From: Phoronis australis
Taxonomy: Eukaryota; Animalia; Phoronida
Direction of reading: 5' to 3'
Length of the DNA stretch: 64,000 bases
NCBI GenBank assembly: GCA_002633005.1
Contig: NMRA01000173.1
Span: 29,192-93,191, forward strand
Positions 32,401-44,400 of this stretch are shown in pieces. Positions within the stretch are counted from its first letter, which is position 1. Every line of letters starts with the position of its first letter. Made by a program: the position numbers and the translations under genes. The notes below the pieces were generated by a model, which was not told the origin of the DNA, ran no database searches, and was given only the letters and a program-made list of their open reading frames with translations.

Positions 32401-35400
32401 GGACATGTACATTATACCCACTTCGCAGGCGTTGCTCAAAATGGTCAGAAATGAAAATGGGGTGTTACTAAGTTTAGGGTGTTGGGATTGAATTGTAATG
32501 CTAATTTAGACAACACGATAAATGATAACTTTGATTTAAAACTCTTGGAAATTAAAAATGCTGAAAACGTGGTCTAAAAGAAAACTCACTATATTGGGTA
32601 AAAGTGACGGTTATAAACTCTTATTTCAAAAATTATCCATTTATTGTCTTCATTACCTAGTCCATCTCCAACCTTTGTAAATAAAGCAAACAATTTGTTT
32701 TTCAGGTGTATTTGGAATAACAAACCAGACAAGATTAAGATAGCTATATTGACAAAAAGCATCAAAGAAGGGGGGGGGTTAATATGATAGACCTGAAACA
32801 TTTTAATACAGCTCCAAAACTTTCGTGGATAAGGAGACTTTTTACTTCTCGATGCAAGTGGACACTTCTTGCTGAGGCTGAGTTTGGTATCGCAAAGAAT
32901 GAGATTTTAAAACACAAGCTTTTTCTTGACGTACAAATTGAATGTTAATAATAAATTTTGGTGTGAATATTTACAACATTGGGCATCATTGACTAGAACA
33001 CAGTTTGATGATGCAGACAAGCACAAATGCAGTATTGTTTCTGTAAATATTTTACACAAGAGTAAGATTCTAGTAGGCGAGCAACCTTTTTACATGGAAT
33101 CCTTTTTAAAGAAAAATATTTTATTTGAATGACACGTTGGACAGTAACGGTGCATTCCTTTCATACAATCACTTTGTAGAAGAAACCTAAAAGTTGATTT
33201 TTTGTGATCACACATTTCTTTGGTCAGTTCAGTAAAGTCCAACTGCTTAATAGATGAAGTCTGGTCCTTGTATGAAGAGAGAGTCTTATAAAAATCCCAC
33301 TCTTAAGTCTAAACAATAAAAATATAGCAGTTTCAATACAAAGTGCTGCAGGATCCTTCCTACAGACGCTTGGTTATTTAAAATTAATTATAATGATTCC
33401 AATTGTTGTACTTTCTGTAAAAACGAATGTGAGACAATCGAACACTTGTTTGTAGACTGTTGTGTCACACACTCTTTTTGGCACGATATTGAGAGCTTGT
33501 TATAAATCTGTGAAGGTCGACTCCAAACTCCATTTGGAAAAACAGACAATACTTTTTGACACAACAAAGGTACTCAACTGGTTTCTATTGCACGCAAAAT
33601 ACTACATACATATTTCACAAGAGCAGCGTGGAGCGTTGAAATGCGCCCACGAATGCATCGCAAATGGTGTGCTTTTAGGGTTATTTATTTGTATCTTAGA
33701 AATGGCCACTAGATGGCGCAAAAACATACAATCCATCCAAAAACAGGAACATGCCATATTTCAAAAAAATCTGTCAAGGAACTTCAGAGAAACAAAGGAA
33801 AACTGAATAAAATGAAATTGCCACTAGTGGGTACAGTGTCCGTTGGATCCCCCTGAAAGTCGTCGTCGTCTGTTGTTATCTTCATATAAATACATTCACT
33901 AAATTAAGTAAAGATCCTGCAGTGGGTTTAGGAGATACAACTATGGGTGCAAAACAAAACTACCACTAGGAGGTGCCACAATAGTCAGTCACACTGAGAA
34001 CATATATGCCAATTTTCAAATGATTTGGTTGATGCAGGGGTGGATGCCAAAAACAAGAGTTGAAAACAGCAAAAATGGCCACTAGGTGGTGCAACATACC
34101 TCGATTCCATTCAAAAACAGGCAGATAGCGTCATCACACCAACAGATGCCTATAGTTAAAATTTTATGAAAATCTGTTGAGGACCTTTGGAGATACAGAG
34201 TTAAACGTCAAAAACTAAAATTGCCACTTGAGGCACAGCAGTAGACAGATCTGTCCGAAAGTCGTCGTCATCTCTAGTCAACATCATATAAATACACTTG
34301 CTTAATTAAGTAAAGATCCTGCGAACAGTTTAGGAGATACAGTCATAGGCGCACAAAAACAAAACTGCCACTAGGAGGCACCACAGTAGTCAAAATCGTC
34401 AGAAACTCATAGTCAACCGTCCTTTTTATAGTAAGCACATACATGCCAATTTTCATAATCATCCTTTGAGTGGTTTGGTTGATAGAGGGGTGGACTCGAA
34501 AACAGTAAAAATGGCTACTAGGTGGCGCAAGCTATGTCGAATCCATCCGAAAAATGGAAGGATAGCGTCATCTCACTAATAGGTGCCTACATACCAAATT
34601 TCATGAAAATATATTAAGGACATTTGAAGATAGAGAGGTAAACGTAAAAAAAATAAAACTGCCACTAGGGGGCACACTGGTAGTTGGATCCGTCCGAAAG
34701 TCGTCGTCATCCATTGTTAACATCATATAAATAAACTTATTAAATTTCGTAAAGATCCTGCTGACAGTTTTGGAGATACAGCCAGAGGCGCAAAAAACTG
34801 CCACTAGGAGGCGACACAGTAGTCAAAATCGTCGGAAAATCATCGTCAACTATCCTCTTCGTAGTAAGCACATACATGCCAATTTTCACAATCATCCTTT
34901 GAGCGGTTTGGTTGATAGAGGGGTGGACGCAAAGAAACAGACTCAAAAACAGTAAAAATGGCCACTAGGTGGCGCAAACTACGTTGAATCCATCCGAAAA
35001 CAAGAGGATAGCATCATCTCACTAATAGATGCCTACATACCAAATTTCATGAAAATCCGTTAAGGAGTTTTGAAGATACAATGGTAAGCATAAAAAAATA
35101 CAATTGCCACTAGGGGGCACACTGGTAGTCAGATTCGTTCGAAATTTCGCTCATGCTGTCCCATCCATAAAAGGAACACGTGCATAATTTCATGAACATA
35201 CCTCAATCGGTTTTGGAGGTAGAGCAGCGGCCGTCGGACGGACGGACGACACCCGGACAGACAGACGCAGGTGACGGCATAATGCGTCCACATATAAATA
35301 TGTGGGCACATAAAAATTAAAGAAAATCTCTTAACTTTAAATATTTTAATTAATTATTTGAAAATAAATTTTACTGCTGAGAAGAATACTCTAAAGCAAA

Positions 35401-38400
35401 AGAATCCAAATGAATGACAAGAATTCTGGAAACAGTGGGAGTCTATCTTTGCTAAGTTATACATTCACCGATGTGTGTGTGTGTGTGTGTGTGCGTGTGC
35501 GTGTGCGTGTGCGTGTGCGTGTGCGTGCGTGTGTAAGTACCTAAACACCATCATTAACACTTTTGTAATGTTATAGTTGAATGTCATTGCCCCAACATTA
35601 GTATCAATTATTATGTTTGAAGAATAAATGGTAAAAGAAAGAAAAAAGTTACTGTAATCTCAATGTTTTGTGAATTATCAGAAAAATTAGGATACTTGTA
35701 AGCAAGCACATACTGAGCAGAACTCTTATCAAACAACATTGATAGCACAGTACAATTTACTCAAATCTTTCCATCCAAATCTTACCTCTGATAGAGATTC
35801 TCAACAAAACAATGTTTGGCACTGAAGATGCTCCTTTCTAGCAGGCGCACAGGCTTCACCTACAAAGCACAACTTGCAGGTGTTACAATGACAGATGCCG
35901 CATCACCTAGAAAACCCAAATTGCTGGGGTTACACTGACAGAAGTTGCATCACCTAGAATACACAACTTACTGGTGTTACACTGACAGAAGTTGCATCAG
36001 CACAGGCACATAAACACACTGACCTCGGAATGTTGATAATTACAGTAAAAATTTTCCAGTTTGGGAGCCTATAAAATTTGAGACACTGAAATTGAAAGAT
36101 TAGGACATGGGTGACTTTGGCTTTGACACCATATTTTCACAATTCTAGAACACAGCGTTGTGTATCAACAGACTCTGCAGATAGACAGCCTGCACAGCGT
36201 TGTGTATCAACAGACTCTGCAGATAGACAGCCTGCACAGCGTTGTGTATCAACACACTGCAGATAGACAGCCCAATTCTAGAACACAGCGTTGTGTATCA
36301 ACAGACTCTGCAGATAGACAGCCTGCACAGCGTTGTGTATCAACACACTGCAGATAGACAGCCCAATTCTAGAACACAGCGTTGTGTATCAACACACTCT
36401 GCAGATAGACAGCCCAATTCTAGAACACAGCGTTGTGTATCAACACACTCTGCAGATAGACAGCGTGTAACAAGCCAAATGAATGTGGAGTGAATTGAAT
36501 CGTTTCAACTGGAATTACTTGATTTAAATGTCATAGATCTTCGGGGTCTTGCGTCCCCTTCAAAGGGGGAAGGATTGAGGGCTTTTATAAATATGGCTTC
36601 TTTTACCACTCTTTTGTTCCAGTTTTTTCCTACTCGGCATCACAACAATGTCATTATTGAAGATGTGAGCACATGAATATAAGTGGTGAAAAACCGCTCA
36701 CAAGGTTTCCTCTACTGCAAGTTTTTAATGTTGATACATTCTCTTTTTCAGCGGCTGTTCACTTTCCCCGATATAACACTCCTTGCAGCCTTCTCCCTCA
36801 CAGTGGATACCATACTCAACTCCACTGGCCTGATTTTTGCACTCTTAGTTTTGGGGTGAACTAGTTTTTCCCTAAATGAATTAACTGGCTTATAAGCAAC
36901 AATTATATCAAATTCCCAACAAGCCCTCTGCAGGTGTCCAGACAAACCTTGAATGTACAGGAATAAAATTGTGGCTCTCGGTTTACTGACAGTGTCTCTG
37001 GGACGCGCCTTAGTTCACCCCAAAGACTAACAGTGCAAAGATCATTGACTAGTGGAGCTAAGTATGCAATCGACTGTGAGGGAGGTTTCAAGGAGTGTTA
37101 CATCGGGGAAACAGAAAAGCCGCTGAAAAAGAGAATGCACCAACATAAAAAATTGAGGGGACCATGTCAGCCGTTTGTAACCACCCCCATTCATGTGCTC
37201 ACATCTTCAATAATGACAATGTTTAGATTCTGAGTAGAGAAAAGAAGTGGCATGAAAGAGGGGTAAAAGGAGCCATATATGTAAAAGCCCTAAATCCTTC
37301 CCTTAACAAACACGGTGTGATAAGATCCAAGATCTACTAAGGATGACAGCAAACCACCATGAGTCGCGAAACCCAAGACCTCATAACAGGACGCAATTGC
37401 CATCTTCCCTTTGAAAGGGACGTGAGTACCCAAAGATCTAGGACATTTTAATCAATTAAGTCCAGTTGAAACGATTCAATTCATTCCACAATTGATATGC
37501 CTGGTTGGATCAAGACTTGCATTTCATTAAGATAAATTATTGTTTATCGCTGATAATTTTTGAATTTGGGACGGCCAATATTGCCCAATTCTAAAATTTG
37601 GCAAAAGGCCCAATTGTAGGCCAAATGAATTTTCACTTAAAGTTGACCACTCGAATACAATGCAAAATACTAGTTTTGAATTTAATTTAAAGAATAAATT
37701 GCTCCCGAACATAACCAAGATCATTTTCTGTATTTTTCAAAAATATGCTGTTAAGTACAGCTGGGAGATGTTTCACAAACCCTGTAAGTTTAGTCAAGGC
37801 TACAACTGTGATATATTATGAACACAGACGAGCAAAAGGCTTGTGTATCTTTAAAGGAGAATGCCACCCAAAAAACAACCTGTTTTGTATCAATTTAGAT
37901 CAATTAGTTCTACTCGATAACGGCACGTTCAGTTGCGTTACCTGACACCTGACGGCAGACGGTGTTGAAATTATACAATGAGGTCATTGGTTTCACACGC
38001 AGTCTGTTCAGCAGTTCACAACACGGGTTACTGGTATTAGCTTATCGCTTGAATTCACCAATAAATCATCAAACTTCGATGTAAAACCCTTAAAAATACA
38101 CCCGAGTTCTTATAAAAACGTGTTGTTTTATATCGCTGTAACGGATTTATTGGTATTTTGACACACCGTAGCCTATAGTTTGGCAGGACAATATACCAAG
38201 GTCCGTAGCACGAGTTTGGGATCTGTTTGGAGATAAATTCGAAGTATTCTTCCATGAAATACAGACAGGAGAACCTAGATCTGTGTTGTTATCCCGGCCA
38301 GTGGCTCAGAACCCGATCAGGCCCGTCGTGCCCACCGGGACTGGCACGAAAATAAACCACCTTGAGTTGGAAACTAAACCTCCAGTAACGACAAGATTAT

Positions 38401-41400
38401 AATAGCGAGTCTAAGAAATGTGCGCATAATTATTTGTGTGAATAAGCCACAAAATTGAAAATCTACTTACTTGTCGGGGGCCGCGAAGTCGGGTTCCCCT
38501 TCCACAGACAGTCAGGGAGAAGGTTGTACAGTAACAATGATTTGAATAATGTGTTTGTATTTCTAAATAGATTCCCCTAACATGTGACCATAGCATATAA
38601 AATCGAGTAATTGTTTCACAACAGCTTTCTGTCAGCAAATACTGAATAAGAATGCGCTCACACGGCCTCGGTGACCAGTCAATTATCTTTGTTGCCGGCA
38701 TCAAAAGCCAGTAACGCAGTGGTTTATTCATTGCTGGCTTCTCAACATTTGCACTAACAAATGCTGCAAAGGCATCACAAATTGTAGCTAATGAGACAGA
38801 CTTTGTTTCAGCTTCATATAAGCATTGGTTAGGATGAGAATAATTCATTTTGAAACAGAACGCAGAATAGTAAACATCTACATGGCAACTCGCCCGGCGC
38901 CAATTCCAACTTAGTCAAGAGCTCATCCGACAAAGACTTCACGGGTCGGATCGTTAGGTTTCACAGGCTATCTGTTCGAACCTGAAAACACTGATGAAGA
39001 AATACTAGAGAGGCGTCGAGAACATGCACAGGCATCGGAACATATGGATAATTCTTTGGTACGCCAGAATTCGTCAGAGAAATCACTGTCCACGAAATGC
39101 CGGCAACAGACACGGAGATGTTTCACGGCCTCATACTTTCTATCAACAGCCTACCTTTCACTCATCATTAACGCAAGCCACTTCCTAAGCATTTCGGGCT
39201 CTCCAAGTAGTCGAAAAAACAACATACCCGCTTTCTTCGCTGCTTCATAGTTCACACAAGCGGGAACGATGCACTGCAATATAGCGGCATTCACTCTGCA
39301 GACGAACCACTGACGTCGCTACATCGTTTCTCACCTTCCTCACAGCTTAACGCGACACCTCTCGGCAAGGTGAGGTCGACCGTATAAGAGGCGAGGTGGA
39401 TATAGACTGATTAAGACGGTTAAAAAAATAATTAAATCAGGTGGCATTCTCCTTTAATTTACTTGAGGTAAGTAGATGCAATGATTTACAATGATTCACA
39501 CTATGATTCACACTGCAGTGAATCACACTGCAGTGATTCACACTGCAGTGAATCACACTGCAGTGATTCACACTGCAGTGAATCACACTGCAGTGATTCA
39601 CACTGCAGTGATTCAGGAATTGAAATGATTCACAATGCCCATTTAATTTTGTACCTGTTTTCTGGTGTGTTCTTGCAACATTTGTAACTGAACATAGGTC
39701 TGAAACGTCAAGCTCCATCTGGTGGGATCTGCGTACATTAAGCCCTGGAAAAACAAGTTAAGTAAAAAAAAATAGAAGATGTAAATTTTAACAAAATAAA
39801 AATATTTCATCAATATCTTTGTTTTCTACTTAATGTTTAAAATAACAGAAAAGATATTTAAACCTGACAAAAATCCTCTTTACATCCCAAAAAACAACTA
39901 TTTTGACCGTGCTTTGAAAGAACTGTCAGTTTGTAATTGATCAAGACTAAGTCCTACAAGTTGGTTTGTCACTATAAGTCATACTACACCTTGAACACGC
40001 TCGAGACTAGGTCCTGCAAGTTATTTTGTCACTGCAGGTCATATTATGCCATGAACATCTTTTCAAAACTAGGTCCTAAAAATTACGTTTGTCACTGTAG
40101 GTCATGTTATGCCATGAACAACTTCTCAAGACTAGGTCCTACAACGGGGCTCGACATAACAAGCTGCAGGTCGCAAATGCAACCTGAAATTTGGAAATGC
40201 GAGCTGAGATTTTTGCCAGCTCGTATGAAGTCACAAAATGCGACCTGGACGTATGCGAACTGAGTTTTCAAACTTCTCAGCAGATACCTGACAAATATAA
40301 AGCAATTCTTGTGAATCCGACCGCTATTTGGTTGTTGCCTAATCAAGTTCACAAGAACACGAGAACAACACTCCCGATGACTTGTCAACTTGTCGCGCGA
40401 ACATGGGATAATGCAGAATCGACCTTTGACGAGTTTCATTTCAGTTAACATTTTAGGCTACTTTAAATTTTCGTATGCGCCTGACCACAGCATAACAGTG
40501 GTATTTCTATCAATTCTTAAACGATCAACTTACCAAACTTTGTGGAGGAAAAACATTATTTATTTTTCACATAAGATGCCCTTTAATCAAATATCCCTGA
40601 CAATATTCTTGATGTCGCACTGCGACACTGGTCAGTTCCGTTGTTAGCGCGCAAGCTGTCCCACGGCAGACAATTATGATTTGAAATGCGCGTCACGGCG
40701 TCTCATTTTTATTGCAAAAGATTGCAACCGTGAAAACGACAACCCTATAAATCGTCAAACTTTCAGCAAAGTAGTTTTTGAGTGGCCAATAAATTGTCCG
40801 CTAGTCTTTCACGGTTTGTAGAAAAGCATACACACAAGAAACGTCGAGGCCCCCGTTCGCACGACAGCTTCGTTTCTTTTTCCCTGTCAAAACACAGCTT
40901 GGTACCTCCAGTTCCTATTAACTGTAGACTGAGTCGAGTAATCTCCCTGGGCATGTGCCCGACCGTGATGCAGAACCACTACACAAGCCCACAGTCTTTG
41001 TCGTGTGAGTTGTCAATGAAACCCCGGCCTGTTGCAGAGATCTAAATCCGCAGACGCGCATAAAAATAAATTGATTTGATCATGAGCCGATATCATTGAG
41101 TGAACATAAGACACATAAATTTATAACAAAGTAACAGCAGTACCAGGATTGCAAGGGCCTATATTACCAGGACCAATCGCGTTTATAATAAAGCATAATT
41201 AGCGTCGAAGAAGCAAACGCACTTGGAGCTGCTGGCTGGTTCCCTACGCAGTAGCACGCGCTTTAACATTGGTTGATGTAACTGCGGCAGTCATTGGTTA
41301 GCTTTATAACAACGTGAAAAAATGGCGGAGTATGAAGGATTTTTAGCCATCATGCAAGTGTTGTAGCAACAACTATTTCGTTTCTGCAGTAATGTTTAAC

Positions 41401-44400
41401 AAACACGTGCATGAAGCACGTAAATGTACAATAAACACATGTCTGGCCGAGTAACCATTGTTATTCATACTGAACGAATACAGGACAGTATCGCAAACTT
41501 AACTCATCGGCAGTAGAAAGATGCACTCTGAAATGACGCCAACCACAATTTCTGGGATTCACACTTCCTACACATAAATTTTTAGCACAGATTTGTCTGT
41601 ACAACAGACCACATTTACACTTCCTCCATCGGTTATGCCAGTTTGTTTGCGTAAAGCGCTGCTTGTTGTGAATTCGGCCAGCCGATCAGAAATGCCAGCG
41701 CATAAAAATTTCCCCGAGGAAAATTAAGTGATACCTGCGTGCTGGCTACCACCTAGCGGCACACAGGGAATCAATGAGTTGTAGCAGCTACTTTAACAGT
41801 CACTTGTACGTGGTGGTGTTTTGCGGTTGGAACTACGTCGGGCCTAGTCCAAGGTTAAATTGAGGCTTACTGAATATTTCGGAATAACAAATCCAATTTT
41901 TTGTTGATTGAATACACCCCAAACACATAAAGCAACGGTTCTAAAATTTTCAAATAAACTCCCGGATACGTACCAAGAGGACATTACTTTCTATCTCAGT
42001 GACGGGAACGGTGTTTCACTAAGATCTGTTTGAGCGACAGGTGACTCATAAGTATGTCGCAAGAAACAAACCAGGGTTAAATATACTGCAGCTGCGTCGT
42101 CTGTTCGGTGTGCGAACATTTTGACGTGAAGATGTTGAGCACCAATGAATATTGCAAATAATCAGTAAAATAAAATAATATACATCCCATTACAAAGTTT
42201 GAATCACAAAGTTTGTGTTCAGAGTCAGTAACATCGCTGTTTACTTTTTCAGGACATCGTGTGAAGTTGCGCAGATGTTCAAACTGTCGAAAACCACAAA
42301 TCAAAATGTCGGTCTTCGTTCCCATAAATACTAAGATTTCGGACACGGTAGATTTTCCGGTCATATTTCTCGAATTTTGGACCGCCAATATTGCCTATTT
42401 CTAAAATTTATGAAAGGCTCAAAATTTTTATAAATCCCCGAATTTTTACTGTAATTGTTGAGTATGTAAACAGCACAAGTGACATGTTTTTTGTAAAATT
42501 TTCACTGAAATGTTCCCACGCATCCCAATATGTCATTCGGCTAGGACAAAGTTTCACAGATTTTTTTCGACAGGATGTTTTTCAAAGGTAGAGTTAAGTT
42601 CAAAGTTTGGACTGCGAACAAAAAAAAAATGGAGGATGTTTGCACTCAAAATTAGTTAGGATCTTTAACGACTATGATATCAATCTTACAGCAGGTCAGA
42701 CCTAGCGGATACTTTTTCAACGAGTATTTTCTCCATTTTCACATTGCTAACTTAGCTACTCGAATGCACGTGTCAGTTAGAGAGCATCGATTCAACTTTC
42801 ACGTCGGCAACTCGCCTTGCGCTCTACAGCATTTCAATGGCGGTCATGAAGAACAGTAGCGCCATACCTGTATGTATGAACTCAACTTTGCGACTTAAAA
42901 TTTGTGAGTATATAATGCTGCAGGGAAGATCATTATCTAAGCATTTTCTCGATGATCTAAAACAATCACTTTTGGCGCGTAAAGATGGCGGAAATTTTGC
43001 GACCTGGCATTTATGAATGAGAGCTGGATTTTGAAAATGCGACCTGGGATTTTGGCTAGGTCGCAACATGCGACCTAGCAATTTTTATAACGTCGAGCTC
43101 TGTACAAGTTGGTTTGCCACTGCAGGTCATATTATGACATGAACATGTTCTCAAGAAATAACGTTCTCCCCAGACCGACAAATCATTTCTTATCTTCATC
43201 GGGAACAAGTTGAGGCCAATTTCATAGCTACAAATGGTTTCAATCAAAAGTTTGCTTCTTGACTGAACACAGGTTTATAATCACACTATGATTACTTCAT
43301 CTTTAAATAACCATAAACTGATTGCAGATGATACAGCTATTTCCAAGAATGCATTCACCTCCACAAATAATTTTCTCAACACATGAACTGTTTTGTTGTA
43401 CTGCAGAATAGTTCAGGTAAAAAGAGAATGAAACAGAACAAAAATGCTCAACTTCTTCATCATAACATAACGACACGACAAGGGGCCAAATTTCACCATA
43501 GCTGACAAATATCTGTAAGCCAACAAAATTCTACACAATTCCAAAGGCCAAGATAAAACTGTTCTATTCTGTTTTAAAATTATGGAGTTGAGCTACATCA
43601 TACAACATCTGACTAAAACATGTCAGCATTTGTTTGGTTTAAAAATGCTTCAATTTTGAACAAAAATGATTGATACGTTTTCCATTTCTACAAATGCTCA
43701 ATATTTTATTGTACGACGATAGCTACGTTATACAAACCTATGAATAAAATATATTTGCATCCAATATACAAGCTTACAGTCTAGTAAAAAGTGTGCAGAC
43801 TTAAATTAAGTAGGTCCTTCTGTCAACCTTTGCTTAGAAGTCTAACAAAAGCAAATGTCACAATTCCAGAATAGTATGTGTCACATCCCAAATTGTGAAT
43901 ATTTATCCTAACTACACCAGGAACAGTTGTTGTACTCCAGGAACACTTGTACTTACCAAAACATTATGACCATGAACATTTCTCCACTTGTGTACAGGTT
44001 CAGGACGCACCTAAAACCATATGAAAGACAAATCGTTTGCCGCGACTGTTGATTTTGGAAGCTTCCCCAACCAATGTTAACACCAATGAAAAATCAATAT
44101 TTCCAACTGGAAACCTGTAATCAACTCTTAAGCAAGCAATGTCTATCTTGAATGTGAAAGCTGTTTGTTGCTGTTGTCATCAATATCAAAAACATTATAG
44201 TTTTGTTGAACTGCACAGCTCATGTCATATGAAGGTCCTATTGCTACTAAGCCTTAAACTAACAAGATGAGTACACGGTAGGAAACTTTTCAGGTGCATT
44301 GGGATATGGGCATACCATCCACATGACTAGTGGTGCCACCCAGTAGAACGGTACATGAAGTAATTTTTACTTGATTGGTGAAATAGACTAATAGAAACAA

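Noticed and set aside
39481-39687. SHCSD/E repeat peptide as a metal-binding protein
   Set aside because: It is a 15-bp intronic tandem repeat antisense to TK2, with no gene structure.
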